The notes below the pieces were generated by a model. That model was given only the letters and a program-made list of their open reading frames with translations, was not told where the DNA came from and searched no databases. The position numbers and the translations under genes are program-made. 64,000 nt of DNA from Giardia intestinalis (Eukaryota): assembly GCA_000002435.2 (NCBI GenBank), contig CM018792.1. One strand, 5' to 3'. Shown here one piece after another: positions 1 through 10,591 of this stretch. Within the stretch, counting starts at the first letter, position 1. Each line of letters begins with the position of its first letter.

Positions 1-1707
1 CAGGTGACAGGGCCACTATTACCAGCTGGCGGGTTACAGCTAACGCAATTAGTAACGCCTTGGATATTACCGCTACTCTCAGTACATTTTATGCACAAGT
101 TTTTAGTAGAATCAAGATAGTATCCAGCAAGACAAGTCTGACATGTGTACGTCTGCCCTGCTGCCGTACACGTGGCGCAACCTGCTGGGCATGAAGGACA
201 GGCCCCGGTATCGATGTTGGAGGGTAGGTTATTGGCACATGTCTTGCACTTGCCGTCGTTCCCTGCAGCATCCTTACATATCTGCATCCCAGGCTGCCTG
301 GTGGTTTCGTAGCAGCCGCCCTCGAAAAGGAAATAGTTAGTAGCGCATTTCTTACAAATGCCGTTTTCTATTTGTGTACATGATGCGGCTGCTCTAACAC
401 TAGCAGTGCAGTTACCATTCAGCGGTGCTTGCTTGGCGTCGCTGCATTTAGAGCAGTACTTAGCTTCTCCGATAGTTGCGCCGCATTCTGCACAGCCATT
501 TGTGTTTGTTGTGCACTCGTCTACACAGGTGCTACCACTGTCCGGAGTGCTTTCAACGGTGTATTTAAGCACCTTCTTTGCAGGACAGCCGGTGCACTGA
601 TATGGATCTTCACCGTTACACGTTTTACAGACAGAGTTGCACGCCCTGCAAGTACCATCATCTCCGTCAAAGTATCCCTCAAGCTTTTCGCACTTATCTA
701 CGCACTCCTTTGTCGGGGTGAGCTTCCTAGTATTGTCGCACTCTGCACACGTGCCATCGTCATTACACTTCTTGCAATCTTTTACAGTGCATGCAATGCA
801 CTTTGTCCCGGCAACATTGGGTTTGTTGGTATCTGTTGCACAAGCAGAGCATGTAATGAGAATTGGGCCTTCGGAATTCTCCTTTGGAGTGCATGTTTTG
901 CAGTCTGCTATTCCACCACTTTTATCATCACTACAAGATAAGCATTTGTTGCCATTATTGGGATCATCTTTTGGAAAATGGGTACTTTGTTCTTTGCAGG
1001 TCTGTTCATTGACACATGTGCCCGTTCCATCGCCACTATCTTTAAAATATTTATTGGCAGCGGTTGCTTTGCACTTCGTACATTTATCTGCTCCTGCATC
1101 ACACTTAGCGCAATTATTGTTGTCAGCACAAGCTGTGCATGTTCCCTCAGATGCGGCAAAGAATCCTTCGTCACAAGCTGTGCACACTGCAGGCTTAGCA
1201 GTAGACTCTGCTGCTTCAGGAGCAGTGCATACTGTACAATGCTGAACTCCTTTATACTTTTTGCCATTGGTCAGTGTTATCTCAGTGACATCACCACACA
1301 AGATAACAGACTGGTCTGTCTTCTGTGCCCCCGGTGGAATGAAGTACCCCACTGCGGCCGCTGAGCACACTCCCTCCGCGGCATCGGTGCATAACTTCTG
1401 CCCGGTCGCATCGGCGGTGCTATAGCAACCACCCTTATAGAGGAAGTGAACCCCGTCGCATTGTCCACATACCTTGTCTTCTGCTCCTAAATCAGCGCCT
1501 CCATTCTTTTTGCAACCAGCAGTTGTAACGGCGTCATTATCTTTCGGCATACATACTCCGTTAACGGGGACATTTCCTTGGTCCTTACATTCTGTGCATA
1601 TTTCTGTTTCGCCAACCATTTCACATCTTTCATTTGCACAATTTTGTGCTTGCTTGCATGCTGCCGCGAGAGCACTCAGCACAAAATAGAAAGCTACCAA
1701 CAACATT
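1..1707 (-). CDS. Variant-specific surface protein (VSP) family, cysteine-rich. This is the 5' part only, and the C-terminus lies beyond the window start.
   Basis: I translated the reverse complement by hand, starting from the ATG (rc of CAT at 1705-1707). The frame is continuous with no stop down to position 1. The N-terminus MLLVAFYFVLSALAAACKQ is a signal peptide. About 40 CXXC motifs follow (CTEC, CGQC, CTVC, CTAC, CAKC, CTKC, CLSC, CKTC, CSAC, CIAC, CAEC, CKAC, CTGC, CSKC, CKKC, CPSC, CATC, CQTC, CIKC, CVSC). Two GGCY motifs are present (LYKGGCYSTAD, LFEGGCYETT), which are the hallmark of Giardia VSPs. The ORF track does not list this gene because no stop codon falls inside the window. 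The plus-strand ORFs at 143-1364 are antisense artefacts. Confidence 0.8.
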
Positions 1708-4700
1708 GAGGTCCTTCTCAGCTTACCGCGTGAGCAAGAATAAGATACTTAAGACTAAAGACCTGACTTACTATGTACTGTGCTAATTACTCCAAAGAGA
1801 TTCGTCTCCTACGATACCTCTGCTTAGGACATAGAAGCTCATCGAATACTAAGCACATCTATTGCATACAGCCCCCTGCGAGCTCTCTGGGTCTGAACCC
1901 TATGCCCCCTGCACAACACGCAGGGAAACAGAAAATCCAAAAATAGGTGGTGAGACCTCTCTACACGCTCGCCGCCTCCCTACTTTGAGGCCAATCAAAG
2001 GACGGCTCGGATGCCCTCACTGTGCCGTGGGTTCATTGCTGGCTCCTCTCCTGGCGTATCTGCGTCCCTGATGAGTCAGCCCCCTGTGCCTCCCCTGCGC
2101 GGGCCAGGCCCTTGCGGACCCCCGTGCGCCGATGACCTCCTCTCCGCCTCTGTGGCATCTTCACTCCTTTGGATTATGCCTGCGACTCCTGGCTATCGTG
2201 AGGGAACTGCACTCAAGGACAGTCCGGTGCGAGATCCCGAGAAAAGGCTACAGTGATCGCTAGGGTTCGTGGAAGTGTGAATCAGTGTAGATTAGCCTAT
2301 GAGACGCTATGGATTGTTGAGTATGCATGACGCTATTTCTGCCTTTTTGTAGTGGATACTATTAAGGTTCCCCATCGCATGATAAGGTGTCAGATGGTCA
2401 GAGGGCGAGGCCAGCACTCCCAAATTTAGACAAGGAGGAAGCCCTGCCCAAACTGTGCCACCCCTGAACTGATGGATCAGGACTCTTATCCTCCCCTCTG
2501 GATCATCCTAGTGCTGTCGCTACCACCACTAATGGAAGCACCTAGGAGTGCAATATCTTGAGCCTGTTAGTGTAGGGCTCTAGGCCCCCAGAGCTTCCTA
2601 CATGTGGATGCCTGTGAGGAAAGAATGGAGATCCAAGGAGGTTGTGTTGATTTGCCAGCAATTGGCCGGATGCCTGGTCCAGTACCTTTTGTGGCCTCCT
2701 GTGGGTGTTAGAGCAGTTGACCCCCATCTGCTGATAAGAGAATCGAATAGCATTCGCTCATGACCTTTGGTCCGAGCTGTAGTTGGTCCCGAGGAGACAT
2801 ACCAATCAGCCCAAGCGTCCTACCTTTTGACTCGCGAATCATGCCACACTGTAGGGGTTGTACTGGTGTTGCTTAGCACGCGTTACATAATGCATAGAAG
2901 GCCGGCATCCTCCTGTCATATAGCTATAAGAGTCAGATAAAGCCCTACTGAGGGCGTCATATCCTGCGATTTCCTTGGCTCCACTAGAGGCCAAAAGAAC
3001 CGATGTCTACAGGCTGGTGTGAAAAATAGTAGGGTACGACAGCATACACCTTGAACTGGGAGTCCCATAAGCATGCATTTTTGATACAACTCGCCAAGAG
3101 TCTTGTAATAAGCTGGCCTAGGTCAGTGACTGAAAAATTTTCAATGGGCAGGCGACTACCGTGGTCTACAAGTCGCTCATCTCCCTTGTCGTGAAGGATA
3201 TCTGCTAATGTCTAGTGCTGCGGGCTGGGTAGCCCTTGTTCATCTGTGAGATTCGACTGGTGTACGTTATAGACTACTGACGAGACTGATATCATCCTCC
3301 ATCAGGTGGCTCTGGGTGAGTAGACGAATTCTGTAGTTGATCAGTTATTTTAAGAAAGGCTGCACTTATGAAGCCATAACTACAACTTGCGTTCGACAGA
3401 CAAAGGTGCCCTTGGGCTGTGGTACTCCATACAGGTTCCTCGGGATGTGTGGTACCTCAGCGTAGTCTCCAAGAGGGTAGCCCTGCCTGGCTGAGGCATG
3501 CAGACACGAGTACAGTATAGCGCCCTTCTCAGTCTACAGGATCAAGCACATCTCAGGCAACGAAGACAGATGGAGACCCAGAGGTGACTAATGCTAATCT
3601 GAGCTGCTCCGATCCCTGCTGTCCGAAAAATCAGCAGGGCCGCAGGATGACAGGGTCCACTTTTATGCTCTGCTCAAAGAGGCCGTGTCTTGGCAGAGAT
3701 ATGCGCCAAGGTCATTGTTAGCTACCCACTAACGAGGTACTAGCGCGCTTGAAGACCTCCCGGAATGGCCTTTCTCGGTTTGCTGGCCATGAGCTGGGTC
3801 CTCGCGCCAGCTAACTGGATGAAAAACAACAGTAGTATTACCCAAACGATGAGCTGAGAAGGCTGATGCTGACTATGTATCTCTCACGCTGAGCATACCC
3901 ACTGTGCAGCGCAAGGGATTTGACGTCCTAGGTGGTCAGTCGAAGCTGCTAAGTGTTTGGTAGTAACGATATGCACGCGGGCTCCAGACAGGGCTCTGAG
4001 AAGATGTTAAAGAGCACAAGACCTGCTGGACTATATAGGGCACACAATGAATGCCTACGCGGTAAACAGATTGACCCTTTTCCTTGGTAGATAGGACTCT
4101 GGTCTGCAATAGTCACCTACATGATGCGTGTCTCTGTGGGACCGATAGAGGCACCCGCTGATCTGGAAAGACCATCAGCAGTGGCCACACAAGATAGACA
4201 CGCAGAGGACGAGAGCTGATCAGATCACCCTGGATGATGAGCAATCCAAACTACGCAGTGTGTGTAGCAACCTTTGGTCGAAGGCAGAGATGCACTGTAG
4301 GACATCACGCAATCCAAGAGGCACTTTGGCGATTCATCTGTTGTGGGAGAACGTAAGTGAGACATTTGTGGACAGCAACCACGCCGACTGGTACCGGCCT
4401 GCACAGTATGCCTCTACAATAGATCCTCGCCTGTATATGGAGAGAAAGTGAATTTCCCCAGCTTCAGACGAGGCTGGATCCCAATAAATATTACGCCGCT
4501 ACAAATGCACAAAATCAAAAAGTAGCCTCCGATCTATTTATAGGCCTTGCAGTCTTTCTACGTTCGGAGGCCAGAAAGGCATTACAAGTGTCCTCGTTGC
4601 AATCCAGATTTATAACTAGACTCTCTAGCGCTGATCTTACCTCCCTGGTCTGTTGGTCGCCTCTACCTTTTTTGTGCGAACCAGCTCTCCAGGAGCCACC

Positions 4701-7700
4701 GTGCACAGATAGTCTTTTGCACATCCAAGTAGCACCGTCCTCCGTTGAGACGTGCAACCAAGGACTAGTCACTGTAGAGTGGGTGCACTCAGAGGCCAAC
4801 CTCCTTGCTGCACTGTCCAACATAGCAGTGAGCATGCACGCGAGCACATAGGCACGCAGAGATCGTGCCGCGGTCTAAGCCTGACATCACGCCAGGCGCA
4901 TAACAGTTGGTGTACAGAGTTCTATTTCTAGCCCTATACGCAGGTCCATGTCTCACTCTGAAAGGCAGTGGAGCGTTTCATGGCATTGTTCTGGATATAC
5001 AGTTATTACTATAGTTAGTGGGGAAGCAGGCACGAAGACCGAAGGCTTACCTGGAAGAGTCTCTGGCGCGATCAGCTGCTATTCTCTACTGATGGCAGAC
5101 AGCTTAGCTATCATAGTATCCACGCTACCTACCAGAGCTACATATGACCATGCATGCATCACCAGAGAAGCAAGTGCAATACCTGTTCAATCTGTTGGAC
5201 GGACACAGCCTCTCATCACAGCAAACACGATGGCAAGCAGGTCGCCAATGCAGGCCAGTTGAGATGCCCGGCTTAGTGCCGCTGTATACACCTAGAAGTT
5301 GCGATATACTTCCACGAACACAATGCACTGTCTGTACATCCAGTTGCCTTCTTTTGTGCTATTCACAGGTCGTAACGCCTCACAGGTCGAGGCTAGTACA
5401 GGACGTCCCCAGGTTACTCCCCTAAGAAGCCAAGGCTGGCACGGCTGGTACTGTGCATGATGTGCTCTCCCAGGAGACAGTGGGCGCTACCGTCCCTTTG
5501 GATTTTTTGATGTCAGACAATCGGCCCCGTGATGAGTTTATTCTTCGCAGCTTCCGTCCTACATATCGAGCCTGGCATCTGGCTGCTCAGGCCGCGGATG
5601 AGGAGGACGGTGCAGAGTGTCAGTCGCTGGGCCGCTTTCTATTCGCACATTGTCCTGAGAAACGAATAGGACAGTACAGCTTCCTCTTCTACTCTGGATG
5701 TGATGCAACCTAGCCGAGGCATATGCCCTTCCAAGGAGTGATCGGGTAGCGCCTGGAGTCGTTCATAATGGGACACTCGCCGTCTCCTAGCTCTGCCCCC
5801 TCCTCGGCTACCAGGAGATGCTGGTTTGTATACATGTCCACGGAGCACTGCATAGCGATAACAAGACGGCGCCATCATCCCTCGAGCCTCCTCGGCTTGT
5901 CCGGCAGCGTGCTTCCCGGAGTCCAGTGTGGACTTACCAGATGCATCGATACAGCTGTGGATACCTTACAGCATCGCACCTGACCAGCTCGACGTGCATC
6001 CTTTCCCATCTAGAGAGCAGCCCAGCCATGCACAGGAGCTCTTAGCTCCTATCCAGGGCCTGGTTCAATGCTCAGCTGGCTCGATGCCCTGCTGCACCTT
6101 GTTGGATGCCGCGTTGAAGCCATCGATCCGGCGATTGCCTTAGGCTCACCGCCTCACATTGCGTTGCCATAGAGTACTAGTCCTCAGGTCGCCCGTAGCC
6201 CGTTACGAGAGCTGTGATGCATGATCGCACACAGAGTGCCTGACTTAATATGCACCTGTCCACCGATGTACTCTGACACTTGCTGGTGGGGACGTGTCGC
6301 TACAACCACGCAAGTGTTTATACATCCTAGCAGCTCACATGCCATGTAATATAGAACTTTCCTACCTAGCACGGGCTCCATGATACCAAGACTCTGGAAG
6401 GGCACCTTGGGCGCCTTCAGTCCTATTTGGAGAGGAGACGTGGTACGAGAGGGCTGGCCGCTTCTAAGCGCTGCCTAGGCTAGTTAAAGGCCCGCATGAA
6501 GGCCTCTCACCGCATGATCAGCACGGTGCCCTGCTCCCTGTCATAGATATGAGAGCCAGCCCGCTGAGTCCACATCGAGGCAGAGCACCACCCACTAGTG
6601 TGGGCGAGACTTATAACCGTGCCCGTACATGTACACGTTGCTCGACCGGTTGGTTTCCATGCCCCTACGCCCTGCTCCTTCGCTGTGCAATTGCTCTAAT
6701 CGAGGCTACCAAAGCGTGGGTCCAGTATCCACTATGCCCATTGTACTGACAACGATAGTATACAGCTTGCTGTAGGTGCCACCTACCTCCAGGCATGCCC
6801 TCCACCGTCGTACTGCCGCTGGTGTGCTATACGATCTATATAACGCTTCATACTTCAGCAACCACTGGGAGTGTTGTCCTCCTGCCATCTTGACATCGAG
6901 TCCAATAACTGCCTGACAGAGCTCTCGGCTTGTGTGACCCTATATGGTAGTCTTGATGGGCACATACATGTGTAATAACTATGTTGAAGGATCCAATAAC
7001 AGCCACTGGCCACTTCATATTGTGTGAGATACTAGACAGAAGCAGAGGTGGAAGGTCCAAGAGGAACCATATCATTAGATCTGCATCTGCAGAGAGGCTC
7101 ACCTGTCACTGCCACGGGAACAGGGCCCTATGCAGAGCATCAGCAAGCAATGCCACGGGCAGTACTCTGACTGTGCAGCAGCAAAGTGGCCGATGATATG
7201 GAATGCTGACACATCTACTGACGTCATGGATGGACTGGCAGGCCAGACAAGGATGCTCTAGGCTGCGATGGGCTGGCATGAGATTGTGTATAATTAGGGG
7301 TCACTTCCTTGTTATGCCTGCTATCGGAAACCAGCTCATGAGATGGACAATTTCAGAGTGATCAGCCCCCGCGTTCTCCCAGACATCAAGACTGTGAGGG
7401 TCTCCGTAAGTTCTTATGTCCTCATCCAGTCATGCTGGCTGTTCTCAGAAGCAGTCATAACTGTCGGGCCTGTTCGGATGCCACACCCCTGCAGGCCTCG
7501 GTGCTCTGAGCACAGCTTCCAGGCTGCATGCGTGCGTGGATGGACACCAGGTACGTCACTCGCTCCCTACTTTCTAAGCCTGCTATGACAAGGGTAGCTC
7601 TCACTAGCTTGAATCAGCTACGCCCCTGGCGTTCTACCCCGGGAGTTGCAGGGCCCAGACAGTTGTCTTATCTACACTATGGTTGCCATAATGACGGGTA

Positions 7701-10449
7701 TATGATCACAGCCCTGATGGGATCCTCTTCGCTGTCCTTAGCAGACCTCCAACTCTTCAATGGGACAGATACGGGGCACCGTCTACCGACACTTCCAACG
7801 GGGGTAGCAGGCGCAGTGCTCTCGATACCAATGATGGATCTACAAGAGGAAGTAGATCTTCCGCATGCCCTTGCCAGGAAGTGGCGCTGACGTGGGCCAA
7901 ACGTATTGTCCCCGAGCTGCGCCTTGGGAGCCGAGACCTCCGCTGACAATGGGTAAGACTTGCGCCATTGGGCGACTCTGTAGGGAGGCTCCAGGAGTTC
8001 TTAGAAGCAGCACCCGTGCAGTGAGGCTTCGAGAATCATCCAAGTGGCGCTATCCAAGGACCACTTCCCCGAGGGAACAGAGGGTTGGGGGACCGACTCC
8101 CGAAGGGCGCCTTTGCAGTCTACTGGACAGCAGAGAGGGCCAGAAAGCAACAATCACCTCCAGATCCACAGCTCCCCTATCATAGAGACACTGGGATGGT
8201 CAGAATACGCCTCTCAAGAGGGACAGGAAGTAACATAGTGGCACAGCGCTGATGCTCACGGGATATGGTCGACGAGCACCTGGCCTCTGCTGGATACGAG
8301 GTGTGTGCTGAGAGCAAGGTGTCTGGATTGGGACGGTTATGCCTCTCCAGAGAGGAGACAGGAAGCACCACCATAGATGGGCATGTGCCTGAAGGAGACA
8401 CACAGGAAAGTGACTGCTTTGCTGGCAAGAGAGGACAATCCGAAGCATGCAGGTCTTAAACAAAGAAACGTGCATTCTGAAGAACTATCGACGCTAAGGA
8501 ACGAGCCAGTTCTCTGCATCATCCAGCAGAGGAGTATAAGGGCTGCTACTCCCTCCTCAAGCCTTCTCACTCAACTTAGACTTCCCTGGCTTCCAATTAC
8601 CACATGAACTACTGAGAATGCTAACTGTTCTTCCAATCCACAATAGCTGCGAAACGATAGCAAACTTCGTTTGAGTGCAGTACTAAGCAGCGCAACATAT
8701 GCAAAGACAGCTCTTAGAAGTCAATGTAAGGTATCATCTTGGTAACGGCAATCACCCTCGAATCAGCCGTTCAGTGGAGACAGGATTTTAATAAGATACA
8801 GTTGGGCCATAGACAGGCAGTGGGTGTAGAGCTATTGTAGACAGACGCCGCCCCTAAGAACGCCAGAGGGGAGCTCCCATCAGCTAATGTGTTTCCAGCG
8901 CCACGTCTCTAGTGGAGCATGGCCTCCCGCAGTAAGACTTTGCAGGGGTCACCTGTAGTAATTTTGGATGCTTTATGGGGTGAAGCAGCTTATCCACAGA
9001 CCTCACGAGACCGGGGCTGCCCACATAGCTACTAAAGTGAGAGAGTGTGATTGTATGGAGCAACACTACATCTGCCCCTCCATCATTTGGTGACCAGAGG
9101 ACTGCTCTCAGACTGCGCCTCTGCTCATAAGTGTCCAAGGGTTCCTCTAGCGATTGTCTCGTTGGCTAGTTAACTATGGCTGCCATGGCGACATAGATCA
9201 CTAGTGCATACGCTGGGTTACATTTTGCTAGAGCAGATGGAGGCATGACAGATCAACCCAGAAACGTCTTCTCACGTCGCACGAAAACGCGGATCTACAC
9301 ACTAGGGGTACACTCTCATAAACAGCTTCCTCTGCTACGATCTAGAGTTATCAGGCGAGCGGTGGCGCTTCAGAGCCATCTGCCTCCTCTATGCGAGAGT
9401 TACCCGATAGACCAGAGTCGCTGCCAGAAGGTGTGCTTTGCAGCAGACAGAGTATCTCATGTCTCAAGCCTGTCTGGCCATACTAGGGAACGAAGCCATG
9501 CCGCTAAGCCTCAGGGGATCGGAAAGCACTCCGCAGCCAGTGTGACTCTTGTGATGTTAGCTTCTAGGCTATGGAGGAGCCCTTGGCCTCGTGGTTTTTG
9601 CACTACGGCTCTACTTAGTTGGCCGTCTTACTCAGATGAATAGAACGTGGTGCCTTCTGCAAGTCCCTATACTGCGAGTTCACACTAGGATCCACTAATT
9701 TCTAACTAGTTTGATAGAACCTTGCTCTTATCTCCGCAGACTTGTTACTACAGACAACTCACTGTATTAACTTTATAGTGATCGTGAGTATTCCAAAGCT
9801 GGGAAGCCCTCTGTTAGAGCTACAGGTCCCAGCCTTCATCAAGCCTGCGATTACCTCATCAAAGCCTCCACACACTACGAAGCAGGCTTCTGCCCGTCTG
9901 CTGTGTACCAATGGTCTGCCTTAGACTTTGTGTGTCAGAGCCTGCGTTGGAGGATGCGCTTCTACATAGACTAGCCAACGCCTTGCCAATTGGGTGTCTG
10001 CTCTCATCCATCTGGATCGATGGGTTGTTTGTGGCTATGCCTGAGTCTGCTCTCTGTTGCCAGGTCCTCTCGAGCTGTGGATCTCGCCTGTCCTCGAAGT
10101 GGTGCTACTTCAAGCTGTCACATGTAGGTGGGGGCTCCTGCAGCCAGTGAAGTCAACGTCTTCTAAGCCTGGCATGCACCAGGGCTTCCAGAAGCGACGA
10201 CCTCCATCTGCCATGGCTAGTAAATGTCCTTCATAAAAGCTATGCGGTGACATGGCCTTTCAAGTCGTAACGCCTAGGGTTACGGATGGATGCAAGCGAT
10301 TGCTCTAGAGAACCACCGTGGCCTCAGGGCAAGTAAAAGCAACAAGTAACGGCAGCAGACTGCAGAGCAGCATGTAGGAACGGGGCCGGGCAGGCCTGAG
10401 GACCGCAGGGACGGCCGCTCCTGCAGGAAGCACCAGGATGCGAGACCGG

Positions 10450-10453
10450 AAAA
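10450..10453 (-). terminator. Pol III oligo-T terminator immediately 3' of tRNA-Asn
   Basis: The minus strand reads GCG-CTTTT directly after the discriminator base. Confidence 0.5.
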
Positions 10454-10454
10454 G

Positions 10455-10528
10455 CGCTCCCTGGCGGGCTTGAACCGCCGACCTTGCGGTTAACAGCCGC
10501 ACGCTCTAACCAGCTGAGCTAAGGAAGC
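10455..10528 (-). tRNA. tRNA-Asn (anticodon GUU). CCA is not encoded.
   Basis: The minus-strand sequence is GCTTCCTTAGCTCAGCTGGTTAGAGCGTGCGGCTGTTAACCGCAAGGTCGGCGGTTCAAGCCCGCCAGGGAGCG. The acceptor stem is 7 bp (one G-U pair). The D-arm is GCTC/AGCTGGTTA/GAGC. The anticodon arm is TGCGG-CTGTTAA-CCGCA, with GTT at positions 34-36. The T-arm is GGCGG-TTCAAGC-CCGCC. The discriminator base is G. Confidence 0.9.
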
Positions 10529-10591
10529 GCGCCACCGAGGGAAACAACATAATGATTATTATATGCATTGTGCACTTTTGTTTGGCTTGAA
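10529..10591. promoter_or_regulatory. A 63-bp spacer shared by the tRNA-Asn 5' flank and the start of the giant ORF. It contains the AT-rich stretch aacataatgattattatatgcatt.
   Basis: This is the only non-coding DNA between the divergent tRNA and the first ATG of the giant ORF (10592). Its AT richness resembles diplomonad initiator regions. Confidence 0.3.

Noticed and set aside
143-1364. Plus-strand ORFs of 65-202 aa (143-340, 358-600, 429-941, 637-1245, 978-1364) in the first 1.4 kb
   Set aside because: They are antisense or off-frame artefacts of the cysteine-rich VSP gene on the minus strand. Their translations are low-complexity C/A/S-rich strings that mirror the real frame.
1862-9924. 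Short ORFs of 60-132 aa scattered through the ORF desert (for example 4515-4847, 4948-5262, 7528-7890, 9245-9643)
   Set aside because: Their lengths fit random expectation for 8.7 kb of about 50% GC DNA across six frames. None has a recognisable motif, a signal peptide, or an AT-rich initiator context.
5366-10274. An exact 12-mer, gtcgtaacgcct, present at 5366 and at 10263
   Set aside because: A couple of chance 12-mer matches are expected in 8.7 kb. The flanks show no extended similarity.
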